DNA of 24,622 nucleotides from IMG/VR virus record IMGVR_UViG_3300020179_000168, positions 1 to 24,622 of that record; one strand, given 5' to 3'. Origin of the DNA: a virus. Lineage: Duplodnaviria; Caudoviricetes. Shown here piece after piece: positions 17,127 through 24,622 of this stretch; the first letter of the stretch is position 1; each line of letters opens with the position of its first letter. The notes beneath the pieces are model-generated. The model ran no database searches and was not told where the DNA came from. It was given only the letters and a program-made list of their open reading frames with translations. A program made the translations under genes and the position numbers.

Positions 17127-17444
17127 ATGGCACAAATAAGTTTACCAGCAAGACTATTCGGAGGTAGCGTTACAACAACTGAGGCTCAGGTTTATACCGT
17201 CCCAGCAGGAGAGACAGATGTTATTACATCTGTTACCCTATGCAACGTTACGGATATTGCACAACAAGCAAGCGCAAAATTTGCAGGAATTTTCTTTTTC
17301 AAGAACATTGATCTAGCACCTCGTCAAATTACAGTTATAGATGTTAAGCAGGTTTTAAATGCGGGAGACGCAATCATTCTTTCAGCAGTTAACGCAAACT
17401 CTGTTACAGCATTTATCTCTGGCGTTAAAATAACAACAATTTAA
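17127..17444 (+). CDS. small beta-sandwich virion protein (paralog of 22301..22633)
   Basis: VYTVPAG..VITSVTLCN....KQVLNAGD.I......VTAFISGV.I pattern, which is common in phage tail regions. Confidence 0.7.
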   Translation: MAQISLPARLFGGSVTTTEAQVYTVPAGETDVITSVTLCNVTDIAQQASAKFAGIFFFKNIDLAPRQITVIDVKQVLNAGDAIILSAVNANSVTAFISGVKITTI

Positions 17445-17470
17445 TTAAAAATATTTAGGAGAAATAGAAA

Positions 17471-18979
17471 ATGGCAGTTGCAAATACAGTTACGCAAATT
17501 GTTTTACCTGGCATAGACAAGGTAGTTCAAGACCAGACAGTCGCAGCAATAGCAGCGAACCCAACAGTTGCGGCAATCATTTCAAACCTTGCATCGACTG
17601 GAACCACAACACAATTAAATGCAGCAATTGCAAACGCAAATGCTGTTGTGGCAGATCTTCCTTCTACAAACCCTCTGCCAACATTTGCAACTTTCTCATG
17701 CCGAGACAACAGACCATTTTGGAATATTTATAATAGCAGACTTAGACCAATTGATGCAGGAAGTCAGCATACTGATTCAGAGCTGTGGGCACCATGGACT
17801 GGAATCAACTATACAAACTCACACATTAACACAAGCAGCTGGACGACTTCTTGGAGCCAAGCAACACCAATGCAGCAAGCAGACGGACACTGGTTTATGA
17901 GATTAAATGCTGGAAATAGAACTTACACAGCAATGAATGCTGACATAGCTCCTTCGTACATGCCCTTCTTTGGAGTTATTATTGGTAAAAGGGGAGTAAG
18001 ACAAAACTTCTCTTTATTCTCTAACAACGAAACATTAAGAATTATGGAACGTGGAATCTATGAAGGATATTATGAAAACGTAAACCTTAATGATAATACA
18101 TATTCTACATGGGTAAGCGGAACCCAGTATGGTTCAGCATGCTATAACGACAGAACCAGAACTCTTGTAGTGGTTGCAGCAAAAGACGGAAGCAACAACT
18201 ATAGACTACATCGATGGATCAATCAAGGAATTGATAGATCTTTAAATAGTGATAACTATTATCCAGGAACTTTGGCTGCTTTCTTAAGAGAAGCAAAAAC
18301 AGGACTTCTTGACGTAGGACAAGGCTCAGGAACCTGCAGTTATAATTTTTATGATTTCCAGTGGCAAGCAAATAGCTCTCAGAGCTATAATGAGTCAAGA
18401 TATCGCATGCGTGTTGTAGTTGGCGATAACGGCATTATTGGAATGGCTAGAATGGTCCCATCAAATGCAAATAACTATGCAACCTATAATCCATCAACTC
18501 AACAGCTAGTAACATCTTTTAATACAATTTCATTAACAACTTCTTATGGAATTGAGCAGGGCAATAGATATGGAATGCGTCATCAAATTAGCTGGGACAA
18601 TAATTGGGTAGCAGCTTACAATTGTTATTACTACTATGGCGCAGGAATGAATGTGTACTTTATTGATACACGAGATCCTAGAAATTACTTTATTGGTCAG
18701 CACGGAACTACAAGTGGTGGATGCCAAATAGTTCCGTACCAAGAAGACAAGTTTATGTTTAATGACTCTACACACAATGTGGATAACAATTACGGACTAA
18801 TACTGTATATTCAAGAGCCAGAAGCAGCGTTACAGGGAAGAGTTACAAACGGAACAATAAGTAATGGCGGCAATCTTGGCTTGGTAAACAATGGACAACG
18901 GGGTAAATTTGATACAGATTACACAAGCACAAACTACCCAGGGCTACAATCTTTAGCACACTGGACAAGAAGGGTATAG
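17471..18979 (+). CDS. putative receptor-binding/tail tip protein, paralog A
   Basis: AGGAG RBS. Shares NPLPTF, NNYRLH.W, DFQWQ, TTSYGIEQG..YGMR and WDNNW motifs with 19730..21274. Confidence 0.7.
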   Translation: MAVANTVTQIVLPGIDKVVQDQTVAAIAANPTVAAIISNLASTGTTTQLNAAIANANAVVADLPSTNPLPTFATFSCRDNRPFWNIYNSRLRPIDAGSQHTDSELWAPWTGINYTNSHINTSSWTTSWSQATPMQQADGHWFMRLNAGNRTYTAMNADIAPSYMPFFGVIIGKRGVRQNFSLFSNNETLRIMERGIYEGYYENVNLNDNTYSTWVSGTQYGSACYNDRTRTLVVVAAKDGSNNYRLHRWINQGIDRSLNSDNYYPGTLAAFLREAKTGLLDVGQGSGTCSYNFYDFQWQANSSQSYNESRYRMRVVVGDNGIIGMARMVPSNANNYATYNPSTQQLVTSFNTISLTTSYGIEQGNRYGMRHQISWDNNWVAAYNCYYYYGAGMNVYFIDTRDPRNYFIGQHGTTSGGCQIVPYQEDKFMFNDSTHNVDNNYGLILYIQEPEAALQGRVTNGTISNGGNLGLVNNGQRGKFDTDYTSTNYPGLQSLAHWTRRV

Positions 18980-18987
18980 GAGAAAAA

Positions 18988-19272
18988 ATGAAATTAAATT
19001 GTTATGACGGAGTAGTAGTATTTGATGAAAATGGACAATACGAAACAGATATTGTTACATCTTTACCTCATAGACTAACAGTTGTCGACGGCGTTGTTGT
19101 TGACAAATATCCAGGAAAGACGGATAATGAAGTAAGAATTGCAGACCACGCAAAAGCTCTTGAAGATCTAAAAGCCTATCAAGCTGAGTGGGATGAGTTA
19201 CCAGAAGAAACTAGATCGGTTGTGCCTCGCCCAGCAGATTTGCCTGAGCTAGAACTACCAGAAGAGGAATAA
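18988..19272 (+). CDS. small acidic protein, probable fibre/RBP chaperone
   Basis: AGGAG RBS. Asp/Glu-rich, and lies directly after putative RBP A. Confidence 0.65.
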   Translation: MKLNCYDGVVVFDENGQYETDIVTSLPHRLTVVDGVVVDKYPGKTDNEVRIADHAKALEDLKAYQAEWDELPEETRSVVPRPADLPELELPEEE

Positions 19273-19273
19273 C

Positions 19274-19711
19274 ATGCCAATTACACAGACCCCAAATTCA
19301 GTAGTACCAGCACTTTGGACATACACATATCTCCAAGCTCCAATAGATGGACAAGGTAAGCCATACTTTAATATTCCAGCACAGTTCTCTGATCTGGGAA
19401 CAAAGTCAAGCGGAACCCTTACGCTAGACTTATCTGCATCAAATGTTTTTAAAGTAATTGCTGGTGGTAATTTTACAGTAGCCTTTTCAAATATTGCCTC
19501 AACTACAAGCGTTGCACAATTTTGGCAATTAGAAATCAAGGCTGGTGGTTCATATACTATAAACTGGCCAGCAGGGATTATATGGGACGGTGGCGGTGCG
19601 TCAAACATTCAACCAGTTCTATCACTAGATACAACAGTTCTAAATTTCTATACTAGAAATAATGGAACAACAATTTTTGGATCGTACGCATTTTCAGATT
19701 TAAAAATATAA
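19274..19711 (+). CDS. tail fibre adaptor-like beta protein
   Basis: GAGG RBS. LTLDLSASNVF.V..GNFTVAFSN....LEI..GG.YTINWP..I.W.GG..P.L resembles a common phage fibre C-terminal module. Confidence 0.7.
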   Translation: MPITQTPNSVVPALWTYTYLQAPIDGQGKPYFNIPAQFSDLGTKSSGTLTLDLSASNVFKVIAGGNFTVAFSNIASTTSVAQFWQLEIKAGGSYTINWPAGIIWDGGGASNIQPVLSLDTTVLNFYTRNNGTTIFGSYAFSDLKI

Positions 19712-19729
19712 TATAAATAGGAGAAAAAA

Positions 19730-21274
19730 GTGGCAATATCAACAATATCATCAAACAGTACTTCAATAGCATTACCAGACTTAGACCTATCAGTTTTTAA
19801 TAACCTGAATGCAGGACTAAACACAAGTCCTCAAATGCTATCTATCTTATTGTCCTCTGCAGGATCTTTAAGCCTTAACGATTCTATTGCCCAAGTAGAT
19901 TTAATTGATGATAATATTAAAAATAATGCAGTCACAAGAAACCCTCTCCCTACATTTGGTGTTTACACAAATAGATCTAACGAACCAGCATTCGTAACTT
20001 ATAGCAGCAACATGCAGCCTATGTATGGCGGATATTTAAGAGATGATACAGAGGGTCAAGATTGGCCTGATAGAGGTGCCAGATATACAAACACTTCTCA
20101 GGGAACTAGAGGCACAGGTCACTCTTCTGTAAAAGGAACATGTTTCCAGCAAGATGAAGGAAACTGGCTTGTTCACTTGCCAGGACATGCTCCTGCTTCA
20201 GGATCAGATGCACAGTTTGCACACGGTGTTTGGTACAACTGGGTAAATGAGTACTGGCCATTCTTTGGAACAATGATTGAAAGAGAAGGAGTTCGTCCAA
20301 GATATTCAATTTATTACAGAAACGCTACTGTAGGAATTTATCCTAGAGGCGGCACTGCTCCACTAGAGCACGTTACAATGGGCTCAACATATGCAACATG
20401 GACTAACGTTAATAGTGGATATACAGCTATTTCTTATAATAAAAGAACTAATACTTTAGCCCTTCTAGAGCCTAGAGATAACCTTAATAACTACAGACTT
20501 CACGTATGGAAGAATACTAATAGAGATTTAGATCCAGAAAACTACACAGCGGGAACTATGCACAGATTTTTGTCAGAGGCAAAAACTGCTGGCACCCCAA
20601 CAGCATTAACACAATCACTTTACTATTACTACAATGATTTCCAATGGCAACAGGATAATTCGCAGAACTACGACGAGTCAAGAAGAAAAGCATACATTGT
20701 TATGGGAGATAATAACATAGTTGGAATAGCAAGATTTGTTCCTCATCACCACACAAGATACGCAACATTTGCACCAAACTTTGCTTCAACTTCTGGAACT
20801 TTAACAACTGGAAACGGACGTAGCAATACAACTTCTTATGGAATTGAGCAAGGAACTTACTATGGAATGCGTTATATGCAGACCTGGGATAACAACTGGT
20901 TTGCATGCTATGCACCATACTACTACTATCAATCAGGTATCAATATTATTTTCTTTAATACTAAAGATCCTACAAAGTATTACACGGGCCAATGGGCTTC
21001 CACAGATTGGGGCGCAAAACTAGTTCCTTTTAAAAAAGACAAGTTTATTTTCCACGCAGAAAACTCTAATAGTGATGGAAACGTTGGTATGAGACTTTAT
21101 GTTGTAGATCCAGCTGGAATTGCAAAGTATGGAAGAGACTCTAATGGAAACGCATATTCAAATGGTGCAAATATTGATATATTTAAATCAACATTTACGT
21201 ACTCATTTGATACAAGATATCAGTCTACAAACTATGCAACAATTGTTCCAATGGCTGAATGGAGTCACGGATAA
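19730..21274 (+). CDS. putative receptor-binding/tail tip protein, paralog B
   Basis: GTG start with AGGAG RBS. Collinear motif matches to 17471..18979. Confidence 0.7.
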   Translation: MAISTISSNSTSIALPDLDLSVFNNLNAGLNTSPQMLSILLSSAGSLSLNDSIAQVDLIDDNIKNNAVTRNPLPTFGVYTNRSNEPAFVTYSSNMQPMYGGYLRDDTEGQDWPDRGARYTNTSQGTRGTGHSSVKGTCFQQDEGNWLVHLPGHAPASGSDAQFAHGVWYNWVNEYWPFFGTMIEREGVRPRYSIYYRNATVGIYPRGGTAPLEHVTMGSTYATWTNVNSGYTAISYNKRTNTLALLEPRDNLNNYRLHVWKNTNRDLDPENYTAGTMHRFLSEAKTAGTPTALTQSLYYYYNDFQWQQDNSQNYDESRRKAYIVMGDNNIVGIARFVPHHHTRYATFAPNFASTSGTLTTGNGRSNTTSYGIEQGTYYGMRYMQTWDNNWFACYAPYYYYQSGINIIFFNTKDPTKYYTGQWASTDWGAKLVPFKKDKFIFHAENSNSDGNVGMRLYVVDPAGIAKYGRDSNGNAYSNGANIDIFKSTFTYSFDTRYQSTNYATIVPMAEWSHG

Positions 21275-21275
21275 A

Positions 21276-21572
21276 ATGTACTATGCTGTACTTAATTCAG
21301 AAACGGTAGAAAGATCTGGAACCCTTCAGACTTTATTTCCAAATACCTCTTTTCCACTCTCAGGTCCAAATGATGAGTTTAAAGAAGAGAATAACCTAGT
21401 ACAGGTTCTAGAATATTTAGAGCATGATTCAGAAAAACAAAAGATGGTGTTTTGCGACCCATACTTTTTAGAAGGATCCGTCTATAGAGTCAAACTTGTA
21501 GATTTTACTTCAGAAGAGCTAGAGTCAAATTTAGCAGCTGCTGAAGAATTTGAATCTTTACAGGAGGCGTAA
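21276..21572 (+). CDS. small acidic protein, probable fibre/RBP chaperone
   Basis: Likely start is ATG 21276 (MYYAVLN...), 1 nt after the upstream stop; the ORF-track start at 21120 would overlap the previous gene by 155 nt. Contains the LFPNTSFP..GP motif. Confidence 0.7.
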   Translation: MYYAVLNSETVERSGTLQTLFPNTSFPLSGPNDEFKEENNLVQVLEYLEHDSEKQKMVFCDPYFLEGSVYRVKLVDFTSEELESNLAAAEEFESLQEA

Positions 21573-22291
21573 TGTTAGAATCACAAAGATCCTTATTTAA
21601 AAGATCGAGGTACAGCCAGTTTGGATTACAATTGTGGTTAGACGGAACAGCGGTAGATAATTTTGAATTAAACGCTGGCAATAAATGCTACTTGGCAAAA
21701 GACAGATCTCAATATTTAAGAAACTTTGTTCAAAATACAGCAGCAAACCAGCCAACATATGTTTTAGCGGCAATCAACTCATTGCCAGCTTTAAGATTTG
21801 ATGGTGTCAATCAGTTTATGACATTTGCAGACCCAACTCTTTCCTGGCTTGCAAACACCTCTTTTACCTTTTTTTATGTAGCAACTAAAACAACAAAGAC
21901 AACTAGCTCATTTGTTATTGGCGGACAAGGAACTGCTACAAGATCTAACCTAGCATTTGGTTATACTATCCCAACATCGCTAAGAGCTGTTTTTGGAAAT
22001 GACGATATCAATGCAATCGTTCCAGCAGTAACACCTGGACAGCCAGAGCTTTATGCTATAAGATACGATAATTTAAATAACAAAAGAGAAGTTAGAAGAA
22101 ACGGAGTAACCGTAGCTCTTGGAGCTTCAGATGGTGCCCCATCAAATATGTCAGGACAAGCAATAGGTCGATATTTGTCTACATACGGGCAGTTTGATCT
22201 AGGAGAAATTATTATTTATAACAGATCTATAAGTGATTATGAAATGGGTCAGGTTGAAAGAGACCTTATTTCTAAATGGACAATAGTTTAA
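21572..22291 (+). CDS. LamG/concanavalin A-like lectin-fold virion protein
   Basis: GGAGG RBS with TAATG overlap. LQLWLDG...KDRS...NQPTY...INSLPALRFDG...GEIIIYNRSIS..E...VE..L..KW. Confidence 0.8.
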   Translation: MLESQRSLFKRSRYSQFGLQLWLDGTAVDNFELNAGNKCYLAKDRSQYLRNFVQNTAANQPTYVLAAINSLPALRFDGVNQFMTFADPTLSWLANTSFTFFYVATKTTKTTSSFVIGGQGTATRSNLAFGYTIPTSLRAVFGNDDINAIVPAVTPGQPELYAIRYDNLNNKREVRRNGVTVALGASDGAPSNMSGQAIGRYLSTYGQFDLGEIIIYNRSISDYEMGQVERDLISKWTIV

Positions 22292-22300
22292 GGAGAGTAG

Positions 22301-22633
22301 ATGGCATACGTTCCAGAAAGATTTGTTGGACCATTAATCCTAACTCCTTTAGCAACAACTCCACTAAAAGTATTTAGCAACAAAGCAATCATTAAAAATA
22401 TAGTTGTTTCAAACGTATATAATGGAACATTAAAGTATGCAATCTATATTGCGCCAGCTGGTCAAGATGCTCAGGATTACAATAAGGTTTTCCCAGACCT
22501 GGCCATTAACGACAAGTCAATTCAATCACACGACGTAACAATAGTTGTAAATCCTGGAGACACCGTATTTGCCTCAGCAAGTATTCCTGGAGGAATCGTT
22601 CTCACAATCTCTGGTGTCGAAGTTGTACAATAA
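22301..22633 (+). CDS. small beta-sandwich virion protein (paralog of 17127..17444)
   Basis: AAGGAG RBS. IIKNIVVSN....VVNPGDTV.A......LTISGVEV. Confidence 0.7.
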   Translation: MAYVPERFVGPLILTPLATTPLKVFSNKAIIKNIVVSNVYNGTLKYAIYIAPAGQDAQDYNKVFPDLAINDKSIQSHDVTIVVNPGDTVFASASIPGGIVLTISGVEVVQ

Positions 22634-22650
22634 TCCTAACTATTTAAATA

Positions 22651-22659
22651 TAGTATAAT
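22651..22659 (+). promoter_or_regulatory. -10 element TAGTATAAT, probable leaderless promoter
   Basis: TATAAT at 22654-22659 lies 6 nt before ATG 22666, and no Shine-Dalgarno is present. Confidence 0.55.
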
Positions 22660-22665
22660 AATATT

Positions 22666-24411
22666 ATGACTTATCAACTAAAGGTAATAAAAGATTATCC
22701 TATAGGTTTCTGGCTATTAGACGAAACCTCTGGTACTACCGCTATTGATATTTCAGGCTGCGGTAATAATGGCACATATGTAGGATCGCCTGCAAGAAAT
22801 ATGTTGCCAATAATTCCAGGCGGTGGATCTGGAACAAAAATAACAAATACCGCTTATATAACAGTACCAACATCAAAAGACTTTTATGGTTCATCTGTTT
22901 CAAATGGGCTTGGCAACAAATACTCTTCAGACAATGATTTTAGTTTAGAGTTATGGGTTAGTCCAAGCATTTCTTCTACAGAGTATACGCCTTTGTTTGC
23001 AGATACGACAAACGAAATAGGAATATATTGGGAAAATGGAGATATAGTTTTTAGAGTTTCTGACGATGAGCAGGTTCGCTGGGCATTAACATATACTAAA
23101 AAATCATTTCATATAGTTGGCATATATTCAGTTAATTCAATTAGTTTATTTATTGACGGAACCCAGGTTGGATTTAAAACAATATCCCCAAAATTTAAAT
23201 TTACTAACGACTCTTTAAATCTTCAAATTGGTCCAAGCATAGGTCCAGCAGACAGCTTCTTGGTGGATGCCCCTGCAGTATATAGATATGGACTAAAGCC
23301 CTCAATAATTTCTAGACATTATGCAGACGCAAATTATTATGTACAACCAATTCAAGTTGTTGGTCCAGACGAAGGGGTTTTGTTTTCCTGCTCAGACAGA
23401 TCTAAAAGAATAGAATTTCAATACACATACGGGGTAGACGCTTCATGGGAAAATTTTATAGATTCAAATACCTACTATGACGATAAAGGAAAGTATATTT
23501 CTTTTATTCCAACCACTTCCACACAAAGCAAATCTTTTGTAATTAATGATTTTATTTTTATTCCAATGGAATCTGAGCTTACAGATTCTAAAATTGAGTG
23601 GAGAAATGAATTAGGGGTACAAGTAGAAACTAGTGTAGATGGCACCAATTATGTTTACTGCACAAATGGAGGATCTATTCCACAATATAAAAAGGGGGCA
23701 TTTAATACAACAGGCCTTTTATATATTAGAGTAACAATGCAAACCTCAGATGCAAGTAAATTCTTGCCTAGGCTGTCATATTTTTCAATTAGATTTTATT
23801 CCAGATCTACTATTTACTCAGATAATTCAAATAGTTATATTGAATCTAACAATGATTTTATTGTAGGATCTTTAAATTATTCTCCTATTTTAAGACATTA
23901 TAATAATGGCATTAGGCCAGCATCAGGCAGCGGATTTGATATCAATACTGAATTAAACATAAATACAGTAGAAATGTTTTTTACACCTAAAACAAATGGA
24001 GCAAACACCTTATTCTATGATCCAGCAACTGGCACGAAGTATGCCTGGAATGGGTCAGGAGCGGTCTCTAAGGCCTCTATAAGCAACGTTTACGTCAATG
24101 GGGTAGATAAGACCTCACAGGCAAACATAAGCAATTTTATGGTCGCTGGAGAGCCTCATCATATTGTTTTAGTTTTAGCCTCTCCTGTAACTGGACCAAT
24201 TCAATTTAACTATGAGGTTTCTGGAGGGCCAGACAACCTATACAACAATATAGCTTTGTACAATAGGTCGTTTTCGGAATCTGATGTTTCAACCCACTTT
24301 AATTTATATTGCGGAAGACCAGCACAAGAGGTATTAGATCAGTCATTTGATGTGACATATTTGGACCCAGTCTACTATGATAATGACTGGATTGTGGTTC
24401 AAAGTATATAA
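22666..24411 (+). CDS. LamG/ConA-like domain minor tail / baseplate-associated protein
   Basis: PIGFWLLDETSGTTA.D.SG.GNNGTYVG, FSLELW, FHIVGIY...ISLFIDG and C-terminal NIALYNR. Confidence 0.8.
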   Translation: MTYQLKVIKDYPIGFWLLDETSGTTAIDISGCGNNGTYVGSPARNMLPIIPGGGSGTKITNTAYITVPTSKDFYGSSVSNGLGNKYSSDNDFSLELWVSPSISSTEYTPLFADTTNEIGIYWENGDIVFRVSDDEQVRWALTYTKKSFHIVGIYSVNSISLFIDGTQVGFKTISPKFKFTNDSLNLQIGPSIGPADSFLVDAPAVYRYGLKPSIISRHYADANYYVQPIQVVGPDEGVLFSCSDRSKRIEFQYTYGVDASWENFIDSNTYYDDKGKYISFIPTTSTQSKSFVINDFIFIPMESELTDSKIEWRNELGVQVETSVDGTNYVYCTNGGSIPQYKKGAFNTTGLLYIRVTMQTSDASKFLPRLSYFSIRFYSRSTIYSDNSNSYIESNNDFIVGSLNYSPILRHYNNGIRPASGSGFDINTELNINTVEMFFTPKTNGANTLFYDPATGTKYAWNGSGAVSKASISNVYVNGVDKTSQANISNFMVAGEPHHIVLVLASPVTGPIQFNYEVSGGPDNLYNNIALYNRSFSESDVSTHFNLYCGRPAQEVLDQSFDVTYLDPVYYDNDWIVVQSI

Positions 24412-24434
24412 TTTTGTCATCTTCCTTGACAAAA
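24412..24434. promoter_or_regulatory. inverted repeat TTTTGTCA-N7-TGACAAAA (candidate operator)
   Basis: Perfect 8-bp arms at 24412-24419 and 24427-24434, between a stop codon and the predicted -35. Confidence 0.45.
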
Positions 24435-24437
24435 AGC

Positions 24438-24466
24438 TGGACTTATACCCTAAAGAGTGGTAAAAT
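24438..24466 (+). promoter_or_regulatory. sigma70/SigA-type promoter TGGACT-N17-TAAAAT with extended -10 (TGn)
   Basis: -35-like TGGACT at 24438-24443, exact 17-nt spacer, TG at 24458-24459, TAAAAT at 24461-24466. The ATG follows 8 nt later with no SD. Confidence 0.6.
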
Positions 24467-24474
24467 AAAGCAGT

Positions 24475-24622
24475 ATGGATATGAAACAAATAAAACAGTC
24501 TGTAGTTGAGGAATCTTCCCTGGGAGTTTATGTGTGGGAAATGCCCGATGGTCGTTGGATTGGAGATGATGATGGGAACTTTCTTTCGGTCACGTCGAAA
24601 AAGGGAAATAGATCCAGAATTG
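24475..24622 (+). CDS. phage hypothetical protein (5' partial, runs off the window)
   Basis: ATG 24475 opens MDMKQIKQSVVEESSLGVYVWEMPDGRWIGDDDGNFLSVTSKKGNRSRI with no stop, just downstream of a promoter-like element. Confidence 0.75.
   Translation, partial: MDMKQIKQSVVEESSLGVYVWEMPDGRWIGDDDGNFLSVTSKKGNRSRI

Noticed and set aside
19712-19719. TATAAATA (also at ~2986) resembling the T4 late promoter
   Set aside because: Both occurrences overlap or adjoin stop codons in AT-rich sequence. The ~2986 copy abuts the start codon and the 19712 copy overlaps the RBS. There is no other T4-like evidence.
6838-20918. Remaining short minus-strand and out-of-frame ORFs inside the large structural genes
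   Set aside because: They are nested within long coherent plus-strand genes and show no recognisable motifs.
21120-21275. Long N-terminal extensions given by the ORF track (21120, also 15431 and 4400)
   Set aside because: Downstream starts at 21276, 15446 and 4433 give typical stop/start coupling and avoid or shorten the overlaps with upstream genes.
24426-24431. Perfect TTGACA as the -35 of the downstream promoter
   Set aside because: No -10 lies at 16-18 nt from it. TGGACT gives the correct 17-nt spacing, and TTGACA overlaps the palindrome arm.

Overview
AT-rich, densely packed, all-plus-strand segment that reads as the virion-structural (tail fibre / receptor-binding) region of a large tailed dsDNA phage. 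An actinobacterial host is inferred from a PASTA domain and leaderless-type promoters. It has about 24 complete CDSs plus two partial ones. These include collagen-like and Mtd_N-type fibres, two of which carry cupredoxin-like domains with complete type-1 copper ligand sets, a 7x FN3 protein, a tail assembly chaperone, two paralogous ~500-aa Tyr/Trp/Asn-rich putative receptor-binding proteins and two LamG/ConA-like proteins. The most unusual element is a 3.8-kb cassette (2994-6755) inserted among the fibre genes. It encodes a PASTA-(NPGF)n-Hint protein with a non-canonical Hint domain (Ser1, terminal His-Asp-Ser), then a GNAT-like ORF and four 2OG-Fe(II) oxygenase-fold ORFs, two with intact metal ligands and two apparently degenerate. 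This looks like a precursor-plus-modifying-enzymes (RiPP-like or virion-decoration) system. No RNA genes, CRISPR arrays, integrase or transposase were seen. All domain calls come from motif recognition by eye, not database searches.
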